Positions 49,051 to 58,418 of a stretch of 64,000 nt of DNA are shown piece after piece. Every line of letters begins with the position of its first letter. Positions within the stretch are counted from its first letter, which is position 1. The position numbers and the translations under genes were made by a program. A model generated the notes under the pieces. It worked only from the letters and a program-made list of their open reading frames with translations, was not told the DNA's origin and did not search any database. The DNA comes from Candidatus Woesebacteria bacterium RIFCSPHIGHO2_01_FULL_39_23 (GTDB lineage: Bacteria > Patescibacteriota > Microgenomatia > UBA8517). Location of the stretch: NCBI GenBank assembly GCA_001792305.1, contig MGGH01000023.1, positions 34,347 to 98,346 of the forward strand. The letters are read 5' to 3'.

Positions 49051-50097
49051 GTGGCATCAAACGTACTTAGTGAACTGAATAAAATTGGTGAAAGTGTAAA
49101 GTCAGCTGATATTCCGCAGGGGCTTCAAGATGACATTTTGACCAGAATCAGCCAGCTTGGCAATCTTGTCGAGTCGTCGACTTTTCTGCCGGAGTTTGAT
49201 CGCTTGAATAGTTATATTGACTGGGTAGTAAATCTTCCCTGGAATAAAAAAAGCGAGGAAGTGCTTGATTTGGTCCGCGCCAGAGAGATTTTGGACAAAA
49301 ACCACTACGGTTTAGACGAAATTAAAGATAGAGTTTTGGAATATATGTCCGTAATGAAGCTAAATCAGGAAAACAAAGAAAATATTGCTCATGCACCCAT
49401 TTTGTGTTTTGTGGGCTTGGTCGGAACTGGTAAAACTACAATAGCCAAATCAATAGCCGAGGCAATGGGTAGGCGCTTTGTGAGAATTCCTTTCGGAGGA
49501 ATGGGGGACCCTCTCGACCTTCGCGGGCAGTCTCGGATGCACCCGGAGGCAGAACCTGGAAAAGTTATAAAAGCAGTAAGGTCTGCTGGGACTAGAAATC
49601 CAGTGATACTTTTAGATGAAATTGACAGAGTTACAGATGAAGGAAGATCGTCGATTATGGGTGTTTTGGTTGAGCTTCTTGATCCCCAGCAGAATTATGC
49701 GTTTGTTGATCATTATATGGATTATCCTTTTGACCTCTCCGATGCTTTGTTTATAGCTACAGCCAACAACACGACAAAAATTTCGACTGCAGTCTTGGAC
49801 AGGCTTGAGCCTCTGATGATGCCGTCCTACACAGATAATGAAAAAATGACAATAGGCCAAAAGTACATTTTTCCAAGGGTAATGAAGGAATCTGGAGTTC
49901 CAGAAAACGCTTTGACAATTGCGGATGATATATGGCCAAATATTGTTCGGCCTCTTGGATTTGATGCGGGGATCCGGACATTACAGCGAACAATTGAAGG
50001 AATTGTCAGGAAAGCCGCAAAAGAAATTGTTGAAGGTAGAAAAGAGAGGATTGAAGTAAAAAAAGATAACGTCAAATATTATCTACCACCGTTGTAA
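49051..50097 (+). CDS. Lon-type AAA+ ATPase module without protease domain
   Basis: NLPW, HYGLDEIKDRVLE, GLVGTGKTT, LLDEID; ends before the Ser-Lys protease domain. Confidence 0.88.
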   Translation: MASNVLSELNKIGESVKSADIPQGLQDDILTRISQLGNLVESSTFLPEFDRLNSYIDWVVNLPWNKKSEEVLDLVRAREILDKNHYGLDEIKDRVLEYMSVMKLNQENKENIAHAPILCFVGLVGTGKTTIAKSIAEAMGRRFVRIPFGGMGDPLDLRGQSRMHPEAEPGKVIKAVRSAGTRNPVILLDEIDRVTDEGRSSIMGVLVELLDPQQNYAFVDHYMDYPFDLSDALFIATANNTTKISTAVLDRLEPLMMPSYTDNEKMTIGQKYIFPRVMKESGVPENALTIADDIWPNIVRPLGFDAGIRTLQRTIEGIVRKAAKEIVEGRKERIEVKKDNVKYYLPPL

Positions 50098-50105
50098 TTT
50101 AACAA

Positions 50106-50618
50106 ATGAAAGTAGCGGTATTGTCAGACATACACGATCATATTTGGAACTTGGAAAAAGCAAAAAAAATTATTAAAAAAGAAGGCTCGGGAGCTGTAAT
50201 TTTCTGTGGTGATATGTGTGCTCCCTTTACGACAAGTTTACTATCCGAAACTGGGCTCCCTACGTATACTGTTTGGGGTAATGTTGACGAAGATCACTGG
50301 GCGATGGTTCAAAAAGGAGGGGAGAACCTTATAGCTGTCCCCCTTACACAAGAGTTTCATGAAGTGGAGCTGAATGAGCGTAAAATTGCATTTTGTCACT
50401 ATCCAATGCTTGGAAAGTTGTTGGCTGAAACTAGGTATTACGATGCAGTTTTCCATGGCCATACGCATATGCAGTATCACAAGATGGTTGGAAATACATT
50501 AGTTGCAAACCCAGGAGCGGTTTGTGGAATTGTCAAAGGCCGCGAGGGTTTGGCTAGTTTCATGATTTATGACACCGATAATAACACTGTTCAATTATTT
50601 AAACTAGGCAATGGGTAA
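50106..50618 (+). CDS. YfcE-family metallophosphoesterase
   Basis: SDIH, CGD, GNVD, HGHTH, NPG. Confidence 0.92.
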   Translation: MKVAVLSDIHDHIWNLEKAKKIIKKEGSGAVIFCGDMCAPFTTSLLSETGLPTYTVWGNVDEDHWAMVQKGGENLIAVPLTQEFHEVELNERKIAFCHYPMLGKLLAETRYYDAVFHGHTHMQYHKMVGNTLVANPGAVCGIVKGREGLASFMIYDTDNNTVQLFKLGNG

Positions 50619-51243
50619 AAAAGAAAAACTTGACGAGATAAGAAAAAGAATGAATGAGGATAAAAGTTTGCCTCTGCGGTCAGGTGCCACCCAGCTTGTT
50701 TTCGGTGACGGAAATCCGGAAACTGACATTTTATGTGTTGGTGAAGGACCGGGTTACTTCGAGGATCAAAAGGGTTTGCCTTTTGTGGGGAATGCAGGGA
50801 AATTATTAGATCAGCTGCTTGAGGGAGCCGGGATGACAAGAAAAAATGATGTTTATATAACAAATGTAGTTCACCACCGGCCACCCGAGAACCGTGACCC
50901 TCACCCACAAGAAATAGCCTCATACGGCGTTTATCTGGATGAAATTATTGAGACAATTGATCCCGAAGTTATAATTACTTTGGGTAGATTTTCAATGAAC
51001 AAGTTCCTGCCGAGTGCAAAAATAAGCAGGATTCACGGCCAGGAGCAGGTTTGTAGTTTCAAAGGAAGAGAGGTAATCGTTGTCCCGATGTACCATCCTG
51101 CAGCAGCTCTTCGAAGCAGTGAAGTAATGCTTCAGGAAAGGGAAGATTTCGCTAATTTGCCAAATATCTTGGCTAAGATCAGAAATAAAAAAGACGCTAG
51201 CGATGAACAAAAGAGTGTCGGTGAGCAAATGCAGCTAGTTTAG
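50611..51243 (+). CDS. Uracil-DNA glycosylase family 4
   Basis: GEGPG, PFVGNAG, RPPENRDP, YHPAA. Confidence 0.93.
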   Translation: MGKKEKLDEIRKRMNEDKSLPLRSGATQLVFGDGNPETDILCVGEGPGYFEDQKGLPFVGNAGKLLDQLLEGAGMTRKNDVYITNVVHHRPPENRDPHPQEIASYGVYLDEIIETIDPEVIITLGRFSMNKFLPSAKISRIHGQEQVCSFKGREVIVVPMYHPAAALRSSEVMLQEREDFANLPNILAKIRNKKDASDEQKSVGEQMQLV

Positions 51244-51253
51244 AAATTAATAT

Positions 51254-52903
51254 ATGTTACGTTTTATTGTAATATCTGGGACAACCGGGGTAACTGAGAA
51301 TTGTTTTATTTACGAGTGGAACGGTCAAATGCTGATTGTGGATTGTGGAGTGGGATTTCCCGACCCCGAGATGCTTGGGGTGGATCTTGTGATCCCAGAC
51401 TTTACTTATATAAAGAAAAACAAAGAAAAATTAAAAGGTATCCTTATTTCCCACGCCCATGAAGACCACTTAGGGTCATTACCGTTTCTTTTTAAAGAAG
51501 TGGAAGCTCCTATTTACTCGACAAAATTAGTTGCGGGTTTCATTGAAGACAAGTTTGCTGATTACGGTATGAAAATTCCCAAAATAAACGTATTTAATCC
51601 TGAAAGAGACTCCTTTACTGTTGGGCCTTTTAAAATAAATCCTTTTAGAGTTTCTCACTCTGTTCCTGATGGAGTAGGATATTCAATTGACACACCGGTA
51701 GGCAGAATTTTCCATGTCCCTGACTATAAATTTGACTGGACACCTGTCGATGGTAGACCTTTTGATATTTCAAAAGCAGCAGTACTTGCAAGTGGTGGTG
51801 TTTTAGCCTTAGCCTCGGACTGCTTGGGATCAACGACGGAAGGTTATACAAAGTCGGAGAAAGAAATCGAAACAAAAGTTGAAATTATTGCGAAGTCTGC
51901 CTCAAAAAAAATCCTTTTCACGACAATATCCTCCAACATTTCAAGGATTAAACAAGCCTTTAACGTCGCGGCAAAACTTGGTAGAAAAGTAGTAATTGTT
52001 GGCAGATCCATCGAAAAGAAAGTGGAAATTGCTCGAAGGTTAGGTTATTTGGACTATCCGAAAGACTTGATTATTTCACCAAAAGACGCGAAAAGACTTC
52101 CCGAAAATGGTGTGTTTTATGTGATATCGGGTAGCTATGGACAAATTGGTAGTGCTTTGTATAGGGTCGCGATTTCAGATCATCAATTTATTAGTGTTAA
52201 CGCAAATGATGTAGTAATTTTTTCAGGCGATCCTGCTCCTCCCGGATCGAAAGACAATGTGGATTTTGTGGTAGACAGGTTAATTGAGCTTGGGGTCGAC
52301 GTGCATTATTATGATACCCAGGATGATCTTCATGTCTCCGGTCACGGCTCGCAGGAGGACATAAAAACTCTTTTTGGAATTGTTAGGCCAAAATACTTTA
52401 TACCAATAGGGGGTACAATTAGGCACATGCGAGCCTACAAAAGCATAACTCACGATTTCGGGTCTCCTCGAGATAATGTTTTTGAACTAAAAGACGGCGA
52501 AGTACTTGGGATTGACAGTAAGGGTGCGAGACTTCTACCTGAAAAGGTTCCTTCAAAAAGCGTAATGGTTGACGGGCTTGGGGTTGGAGATGTAGGTAAC
52601 ATAGTGCTCCGGGACAGAAATGTTCTTGCCAATGAAGGAGTTGTAATTGTTGTTATAGGGGTTGCTAAAGACACTAAAAAGTTAAATACGACCCCAGATA
52701 TTATTAGTCGTGGATTTGTTTTCAAAGGCGCAAAAGAGTCGCTACTGCGGGATGCCAGCTTTGGTCTAAAAAAAGAGCTTGAGAGAATGAAAGATTTAGA
52801 CGCAAAACTTGCAAGAAATGTAACAATCGATTTTTTGGAAAAGTTTTTCCACAAAAAAATTGCCCGCCACCCCATGATTTTACCAGTCGTAGTTGAAGTT
52901 TAA
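51254..52903 (+). CDS. rnj: Ribonuclease J
   Basis: GVDLVIPDF, SHAHEDHLG, HSVPD, HVSGHG. Confidence 0.96.
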   Translation: MLRFIVISGTTGVTENCFIYEWNGQMLIVDCGVGFPDPEMLGVDLVIPDFTYIKKNKEKLKGILISHAHEDHLGSLPFLFKEVEAPIYSTKLVAGFIEDKFADYGMKIPKINVFNPERDSFTVGPFKINPFRVSHSVPDGVGYSIDTPVGRIFHVPDYKFDWTPVDGRPFDISKAAVLASGGVLALASDCLGSTTEGYTKSEKEIETKVEIIAKSASKKILFTTISSNISRIKQAFNVAAKLGRKVVIVGRSIEKKVEIARRLGYLDYPKDLIISPKDAKRLPENGVFYVISGSYGQIGSALYRVAISDHQFISVNANDVVIFSGDPAPPGSKDNVDFVVDRLIELGVDVHYYDTQDDLHVSGHGSQEDIKTLFGIVRPKYFIPIGGTIRHMRAYKSITHDFGSPRDNVFELKDGEVLGIDSKGARLLPEKVPSKSVMVDGLGVGDVGNIVLRDRNVLANEGVVIVVIGVAKDTKKLNTTPDIISRGFVFKGAKESLLRDASFGLKKELERMKDLDAKLARNVTIDFLEKFFHKKIARHPMILPVVVEV

Positions 52904-52943
52904 AGATTTTACCTTCAGAGCAGGTAGGCTATAATAGCCCTTG

Positions 52944-53720
52944 ATGAAAGTCAAAAGAGCCACTAAAAAACTGGTAATTGTTGCTGACGATTTTGGGTTG
53001 GCCAAGGAAATTAACGAGGGGATACTTCGGGCATGTCGTGAAGGTTTTGTTACCGAATTTTCGTTGATGCTTAAGTCTCCGTCTACCCAACACGCCGTCG
53101 ATATTATTAAAAAATGTAAGCTAAGAGATGTAGGTATTCATCTTCTTTTAGTGGGTTTTGACGATATCAAAAGGATGTTTAGACGAAGTGATTATGTTGA
53201 ACTTTTTAAAAACAAAAACTATCAAGAAATTCAGAAACTGGCAGAATTGGAGTTACGGCTTTTTGAAAAGCTGATAGGCAAAAAACCAACACATATCATA
53301 CCGCAGTATGGTATCCACGGTAATCTAAAACTACTCGATTTTTTGTTGGGATACGCAAAGAAATACGATATACCCATGCGGCTGCCTCGGACAACTTTGG
53401 GAGAAAAATTTGGAGAAAATTATGCAGCAGAGATAATGCTTAGAAGAAGTGGAGTAAGAACGACAAAATATCTTTTTGGACATGTTTTGGGTAGTAATTT
53501 GTTGAGAATTGAGAGAGAGTTTATTGACGAACTTGCCAGAGTAAAAGGTGGTGAAAGCGCCGAGGTTCTTACTCACCCGGGGTATTTTGATGAAGAAGTG
53601 CTTAAGCTCACCTCTTTGAATTATGAACGTGCTCGCGATTTAGCCATGTGTTTAGATAAAAAATTTGAAGAGAAGATATTAAATTTAGGATATCATTTGG
53701 TTAGTTTCAGCCAAATATGA
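52944..53720 (+). CDS. ChbG/YdjC-family carbohydrate deacetylase-like protein
   Basis: IVADDFG, GIHL, THPG. Confidence 0.85.
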   Translation: MKVKRATKKLVIVADDFGLAKEINEGILRACREGFVTEFSLMLKSPSTQHAVDIIKKCKLRDVGIHLLLVGFDDIKRMFRRSDYVELFKNKNYQEIQKLAELELRLFEKLIGKKPTHIIPQYGIHGNLKLLDFLLGYAKKYDIPMRLPRTTLGEKFGENYAAEIMLRRSGVRTTKYLFGHVLGSNLLRIEREFIDELARVKGGESAEVLTHPGYFDEEVLKLTSLNYERARDLAMCLDKKFEEKILNLGYHLVSFSQI

Positions 53721-54520
53721 AGAAGAAATTAATTATAACGGCACATGACTTTGGATACTTTGATTCAATAAACAGAGGAATAATTTACTCTTTGAAACAT
53801 AAGAATAACATAATAACGGAGTTGTCCTTGCTCGCAAACACGCCTGGAAGTTTGGAAGCTGCCAAGTTCTCTAGAAGTACAAAAATCTCAGTAAGTTTGA
53901 ATACTAACTTTACATCTCAAAAACCCCTGTCAAGGGGTGTCCCTTCTCTGGTTGGTAAAGACGGCAACTTTTTGAAAGTAGACACTAAAACATGGGACTT
54001 TTCGGTAATTGATCGATTTAATGAAAAAGACGTTACTAGGGAGCTAGATGCCCAATGGGATTGGTTTACCGAAAATGTTGGCAGGAAACCAAGCGCTATT
54101 TTATCTAAAAAAAACGAGTACGGAGACCCAAAAATACTTATGCCTGTTGTATCGAAAGCAAAAAAAGAGGGTGTACCTATTCGGGTTCCCGTTTGGATGT
54201 GGAAGGAGAATTACGGAGCCCAGTCTTATGTGGAACAGGAAGGGGTTAAATCTACCCAAAACATTTTTCTAGGACTTAAAGAGTGGAAAGGAAAATTTGG
54301 CTATGATTTGATAGAAGATATTGACCAGTTAATTGCTGACATCAAGACTAAAGAAGGTGTATCTGAATTGCTGGTATTTCCAGGATTTGTAGACAAAGAG
54401 CTGATGGATAAAAGTACTTTGAATTGGCAGAGAGGACAATTTTTGCAAGTATTGGACAACAATGAGGTTATTAGTAAAATCAAAGATAACTTCGAACTAA
54501 TTAGTTTTAGGGATTTGTAA
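53717..54520 (+). CDS. ChbG/YdjC-family paralogue with degenerate active site
   Basis: TAHDFG, PSLV...GNF, ELDAQ, VFPG. Confidence 0.8.
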   Translation: MKKKLIITAHDFGYFDSINRGIIYSLKHKNNIITELSLLANTPGSLEAAKFSRSTKISVSLNTNFTSQKPLSRGVPSLVGKDGNFLKVDTKTWDFSVIDRFNEKDVTRELDAQWDWFTENVGRKPSAILSKKNEYGDPKILMPVVSKAKKEGVPIRVPVWMWKENYGAQSYVEQEGVKSTQNIFLGLKEWKGKFGYDLIEDIDQLIADIKTKEGVSELLVFPGFVDKELMDKSTLNWQRGQFLQVLDNNEVISKIKDNFELISFRDL

Positions 54521-54605
54521 TTAAGGTCTGGTGCATACTCCTTCTCCTTTTTGGGTAAACAAGGATATAGCAACTTCCCTGACAAGTTGGGTATAATGGT
54601 GTGGT

Positions 54606-56726
54606 ATGGCTAATTTTAAGAGGAAGAAAAGGGGGCGAGTTCCCAAAAAAAGTTTTAAGATACGGCTTAAAAAAGCTACGGTTTATTCAATTGCCCAAGT
54701 TGTCTTTTTTTCCATAGCGATTCTTTTAATTGTTTCATTTTCTAGACAGGGGTTGATATTGGTCAAGATTAATGATGCCTTGGTCGAACTTTTTTCTTGG
54801 ACTGCAATATTTTTGCCTTTTATCTTTTTGTCCTTTGGCTTCATGATCTCAAAATTTAAAATTCCTTTGTCCCAGCCCAATGTGGTCGTGGGGGGAATTC
54901 TGTTTTTACTCTCCATCGCAAGTGTGGCCAAAGCTGGGTTTGTAGGAAGATATATTTGGGATGGGATAGAGACTTTAGTTACTCCGGGAGGTGCATATGT
55001 CATAATGCTTGGTGCAGCATTCGTTGGAATAGTCGTACTGTTTAACACCTCTGTTGACCGAATTTTATTTTTAGTAACTACGTTTCTGATCCAAGTACGA
55101 AGGTATTTGGTCGGCGAAAAATCGCAACTTCTAAGTATTAGAAAAAACTTTTCCAAAGATAAGTTACTACCCCGCCGCGAAATAAAAGTTACAGGCTCGG
55201 GTGATCAAGCCAACCAACAACTTACAAGGAAGCCAGAACTGGGGAGTAAGGGAGGCACTTTTTCCCAACAGCTGGTGAGTAACATCCCCGGACAAGACAA
55301 ACTTTGGGAGTATCCACCTCTTTCACTTTTATCAGAAGACGGTGTGGGTAAAGCAGATAGAGGAGACATTAAGAGAAATGCCGATGTCATTGAAAAAACT
55401 CTTGAGTCTTTTGGAATAACTGCGAGGGTAGTAGAGGTCAATCTTGGTCCCGCTGTGACGCAGTACGCATTGGAAGTGGCGCTTGGTACGAAACTTTCCA
55501 AAATCACCGCTTTAGAGAGGGATCTTGCGTTAGCACTGGCTGCTCCGACCGGAACAATCAGAATTGAGGCGCCAATTCCTGGAAGGTCTTTAGTTGGGAT
55601 AGAGCTTCCAAACAGGATTCCTGAATTTGTGCCTTTAAAGAAAATGCTTGATTCCGATATTATGAAAAATTCAAAGTCAAAGCTTACTTTGTCGTTGGGG
55701 CTTGATGTTTCGGGTAAACCTCTTGTGGCTGATCTTTCCCGCATGCCTCATGTTTTAATTGCTGGCCAAACTGGTTCCGGCAAAAGTGTTTGCATTAATG
55801 CGTTTTTGACATCAATGCTGTTTCGTGCATCGCCAAGTGAGGTTAAATTTATATTGGTTGATCCTAAACGTGTGGAGTTAACGATCTATAATGGAATTCC
55901 TCACCTTTTATCTCCTGTGATAGTTGATCCTGATAAAGTCGTGTCAGCTCTTCGTTGGATCTTAAGCGAGATGGACAGTCGTTATAAACTGTTTGCTCAG
56001 GCGGGTGCAAGAAATATCGAGAGTTACAATGAAATGAGCGGGTTTCAGGCACTTCCGTATATAGTTCTCATTATTGACGAGCTTGCTGATATTATTCTCT
56101 TTTCACCAACTGAGGTCGAGGATTCGATAACTAGAATTGCCCAAATGAGCAGGGCAACTGGAATACATATGATTCTTGCTACACAGCGCCCCTCAGTTGA
56201 TGTGATAACAGGCCTTATTAAAGCAAACGTCCCTTCGCGTATCGCTTTTGCAGTTTCTTCGTTGGTTGATTCCAGAGTAATTCTTGATACTGGGGGCGCA
56301 GAAAAATTACTTGGAAGAGGGGATATGCTATTTTTGCCTCCCGAGCAAGCTAAACCAGTCCGGATTCAAGGAGCGTTTCTTTCCGACAAAGAAATAAACT
56401 CTCTTATTTCATATTTAAAGGGAAGAGGTGTCAATCCTCAATATACTGAGGAGGTAACCCAGATGCCTAAGTCTTTTATAGCAGGAGGTGCTTTAGGTGA
56501 TACGGATGAGCTTTTTGAGGATTCGGTGCGTTTGGTTTGTCAATTTGGCAAGGCTTCGGCGTCACTACTTCAAAGAAGATTGTCAGTTGGTTATGCCAGG
56601 GCAGCAAGAATTATTGATCAGTTGGAAGCGGCGGGGGTAGTGGGGCCAACGGATGGGACTTCAAAACCCAGGGAACTCTTGATCCGAGATGCAGAGAGCT
56701 TTTTAGCTTCTCGAAAAAGTGAGTAG
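54606..56726 (+). CDS. ftsK: DNA translocase FtsK/SpoIIIE
   Basis: N-terminal TMs, AGQTGSGKS, IDELAD, ATQRPS, gamma domain GYARAARIID. Confidence 0.97.
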   Translation: MANFKRKKRGRVPKKSFKIRLKKATVYSIAQVVFFSIAILLIVSFSRQGLILVKINDALVELFSWTAIFLPFIFLSFGFMISKFKIPLSQPNVVVGGILFLLSIASVAKAGFVGRYIWDGIETLVTPGGAYVIMLGAAFVGIVVLFNTSVDRILFLVTTFLIQVRRYLVGEKSQLLSIRKNFSKDKLLPRREIKVTGSGDQANQQLTRKPELGSKGGTFSQQLVSNIPGQDKLWEYPPLSLLSEDGVGKADRGDIKRNADVIEKTLESFGITARVVEVNLGPAVTQYALEVALGTKLSKITALERDLALALAAPTGTIRIEAPIPGRSLVGIELPNRIPEFVPLKKMLDSDIMKNSKSKLTLSLGLDVSGKPLVADLSRMPHVLIAGQTGSGKSVCINAFLTSMLFRASPSEVKFILVDPKRVELTIYNGIPHLLSPVIVDPDKVVSALRWILSEMDSRYKLFAQAGARNIESYNEMSGFQALPYIVLIIDELADIILFSPTEVEDSITRIAQMSRATGIHMILATQRPSVDVITGLIKANVPSRIAFAVSSLVDSRVILDTGGAEKLLGRGDMLFLPPEQAKPVRIQGAFLSDKEINSLISYLKGRGVNPQYTEEVTQMPKSFIAGGALGDTDELFEDSVRLVCQFGKASASLLQRRLSVGYARAARIIDQLEAAGVVGPTDGTSKPRELLIRDAESFLASRKSE

Positions 56727-56739
56727 TCAGAAATAATAT

Positions 56740-57363
56740 ATGAGAACAATAGGCAAGACATTAAAAGACGCGAGAATCCAAAAAGGAATAGTTCTTACGG
56801 ATTTGGCGAAGATAACCAAGATTAAAAAAGATTTTTTGGTGGCCCTTGAAAAAGAAGATTGGAGTAAGCTTCCGGAATATCCAGTGGTCGCTGGTTTTGT
56901 AAAAACTCTGGGGAATTTTTTTGGACTTGGGGAAAAGCAGGCAATGGCACTTTTACGTCGTGATTATCCGCCTAAAACTTTGTCAGTTAACCCTAAACCT
57001 GACGTTGAAAATAAATTCATTTGGAGTCCGAGAAAATCGTTTTTCACTGGGATTATGATCGTATTTGTTTTTGTTGCGGGATACCTCCTTTTCCAATACA
57101 CGAGGTTTGTTAGTCCACCGGTTCTTCGAGTTTCGGAACCACTTGAAAATTATTCAACTAAGGAAACAGTAGTGAGGGTTATAGGGGTGACAAATCCTTC
57201 AAGTGCTGTTAGAGTCAATAATCAACCTGTAACTGTTGACGACAATGGCAATTTTGAGACAGAGCTTGAAGTTCTACCGGGGGAATTTAGAATAATGGTA
57301 AAATCTGTTTCCAGATCTGGCAAAGAAACTGTGGTTGAAAGGACTATTAAAGTGGAGGAGTAA
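56740..57363 (+). CDS. RodZ-like HTH membrane protein
   Basis: IGKTLKDAR...TKI...LE...LP, TM, C-terminal Ig-like region; follows ftsK. Confidence 0.8.
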   Translation: MRTIGKTLKDARIQKGIVLTDLAKITKIKKDFLVALEKEDWSKLPEYPVVAGFVKTLGNFFGLGEKQAMALLRRDYPPKTLSVNPKPDVENKFIWSPRKSFFTGIMIVFVFVAGYLLFQYTRFVSPPVLRVSEPLENYSTKETVVRVIGVTNPSSAVRVNNQPVTVDDNGNFETELEVLPGEFRIMVKSVSRSGKETVVERTIKVEE

Positions 57364-57605
57364 TGGAAAGTGTGCAGGTAATACTGGTTATAGTTGTGGT
57401 TTCGTTAACAATTTTACTTCTTGCTGTCGGTGTAGAGGTGTTTCTTATAATGCTTGATCTAAAGCGAGCGGTCAAAAGACTGAATTCATTACTTGAAGAT
57501 TCCATTATTGGTGGTGGACTTCTTCGCCCTGAAAAGCTGACGAGCATTCTTGAAATCTTCAAAAGAAAAAAAGTCTCCGACACCCGCTCTAAAGGAGAAA
57601 GTTAA
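57363..57605 (+). CDS. Small single-TM protein
   Basis: 80 aa, translationally coupled to the upstream gene. Confidence 0.7.
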   Translation: MESVQVILVIVVVSLTILLLAVGVEVFLIMLDLKRAVKRLNSLLEDSIIGGGLLRPEKLTSILEIFKRKKVSDTRSKGES

Positions 57606-57976
57606 TCTTTGTACTTTGAATAAGTTTTTAAAAGCTTCTTATCAAAACTTCTAAGTTGGGATTCTGAGTTTAGAACTTCGGCCACTAGTAGAGAATCATA
57701 AAAACTTATATTTTCGCTTTTGTATATATTTAGTGCCAAATGCACGAAGGAAGAAGTTGAAATGTTAGACTGTTTTACCAGTGAAATTAAAATGTCACAC
57801 AGCTCGTTCTTGTTTGCTTTGTAGTGTGTCTCAAGAATATAAACCGTTTCAGCCAGCACAATATTAGCTATGTATATCTTATCTTTTTCAATAATTTTCT
57901 TTGCGATTTGTGCCTGGACTTTTATATCTTCGGTTAGAAAGCGTACGATATAGTTTGTGTCCAAGTAGGTAGCCAT
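57602..57976 (-). CDS. PIN-domain (VapC-like) toxin
   Basis: YLDTNYIVR, LAE, SFYDSL, SFDKKL. Confidence 0.9.
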   Translation of the reverse strand: MATYLDTNYIVRFLTEDIKVQAQIAKKIIEKDKIYIANIVLAETVYILETHYKANKNELCDILISLVKQSNISTSSFVHLALNIYKSENISFYDSLLVAEVLNSESQLRSFDKKLLKTYSKYKD

Positions 57977-58020
57977 TTTATACCAAAAATACCTTAATCT
58001 GCATTAGAAATAGCATTTTT

Positions 58021-58071
58021 GGGGATCATAATCTCTTGCGAGAGTTATAAACTCGAGTAAGAGGAGTATAT
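58021..58071 (-). repeat. 51-nt imperfect hairpin element, family D, copy 2, forming the antitoxin 3' end
   Basis: Matches 33383..33433; encodes YTPLTRVYNSRKRL*. Confidence 0.9.
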
Positions 58072-58307
58072 CTATCTGAAAATAGACCTTTATTTATTAA
58101 ATCGCCCATTTTCTTGGATGAAATCGGCTTAACTTTTGTGTTTTTTAGCGATCCATAGAGTTGATCGATTGATAGAAGTTTTTCAATAACGAATTTACCT
58201 CCGACTTTATTAAAAATGATCCTGTCGGAAGGTTTAACGTTTAGCTCTTTCCTTATATTAATCGGAAGAGTAACCTGTCCTTTAACAGTTAAGGTGGATG
58301 TTAACAT
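58026..58307 (-). CDS. AbrB/MazE-type antitoxin
   Basis: STLTVKGQVTLPINIRKELNV. Confidence 0.9.
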   Translation of the reverse strand: MLTSTLTVKGQVTLPINIRKELNVKPSDRIIFNKVGGKFVIEKLLSIDQLYGSLKNTKVKPISSKKMGDLINKGLFSDRYTPLTRVYNSRKRL

Positions 58308-58315
58308 ATACTGAC

Positions 58316-58353
58316 ATATTACAATAAGTATTACTTTTTGTCAATAGTAATAC
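58316..58353 (-). promoter_or_regulatory. Toxin-antitoxin promoter with inverted-repeat operator
   Basis: TTGACA-17-TAATAT on the minus strand; GTATTACT-N10-AGTAATAC straddles the -35. Confidence 0.75.
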
Positions 58354-58418
58354 CTGAAATGAAATTAAAAGAGAGATTGTTTTGGGAGAAAGTTAAAACA
58401 GTGTGTTAGAATTCCTAT

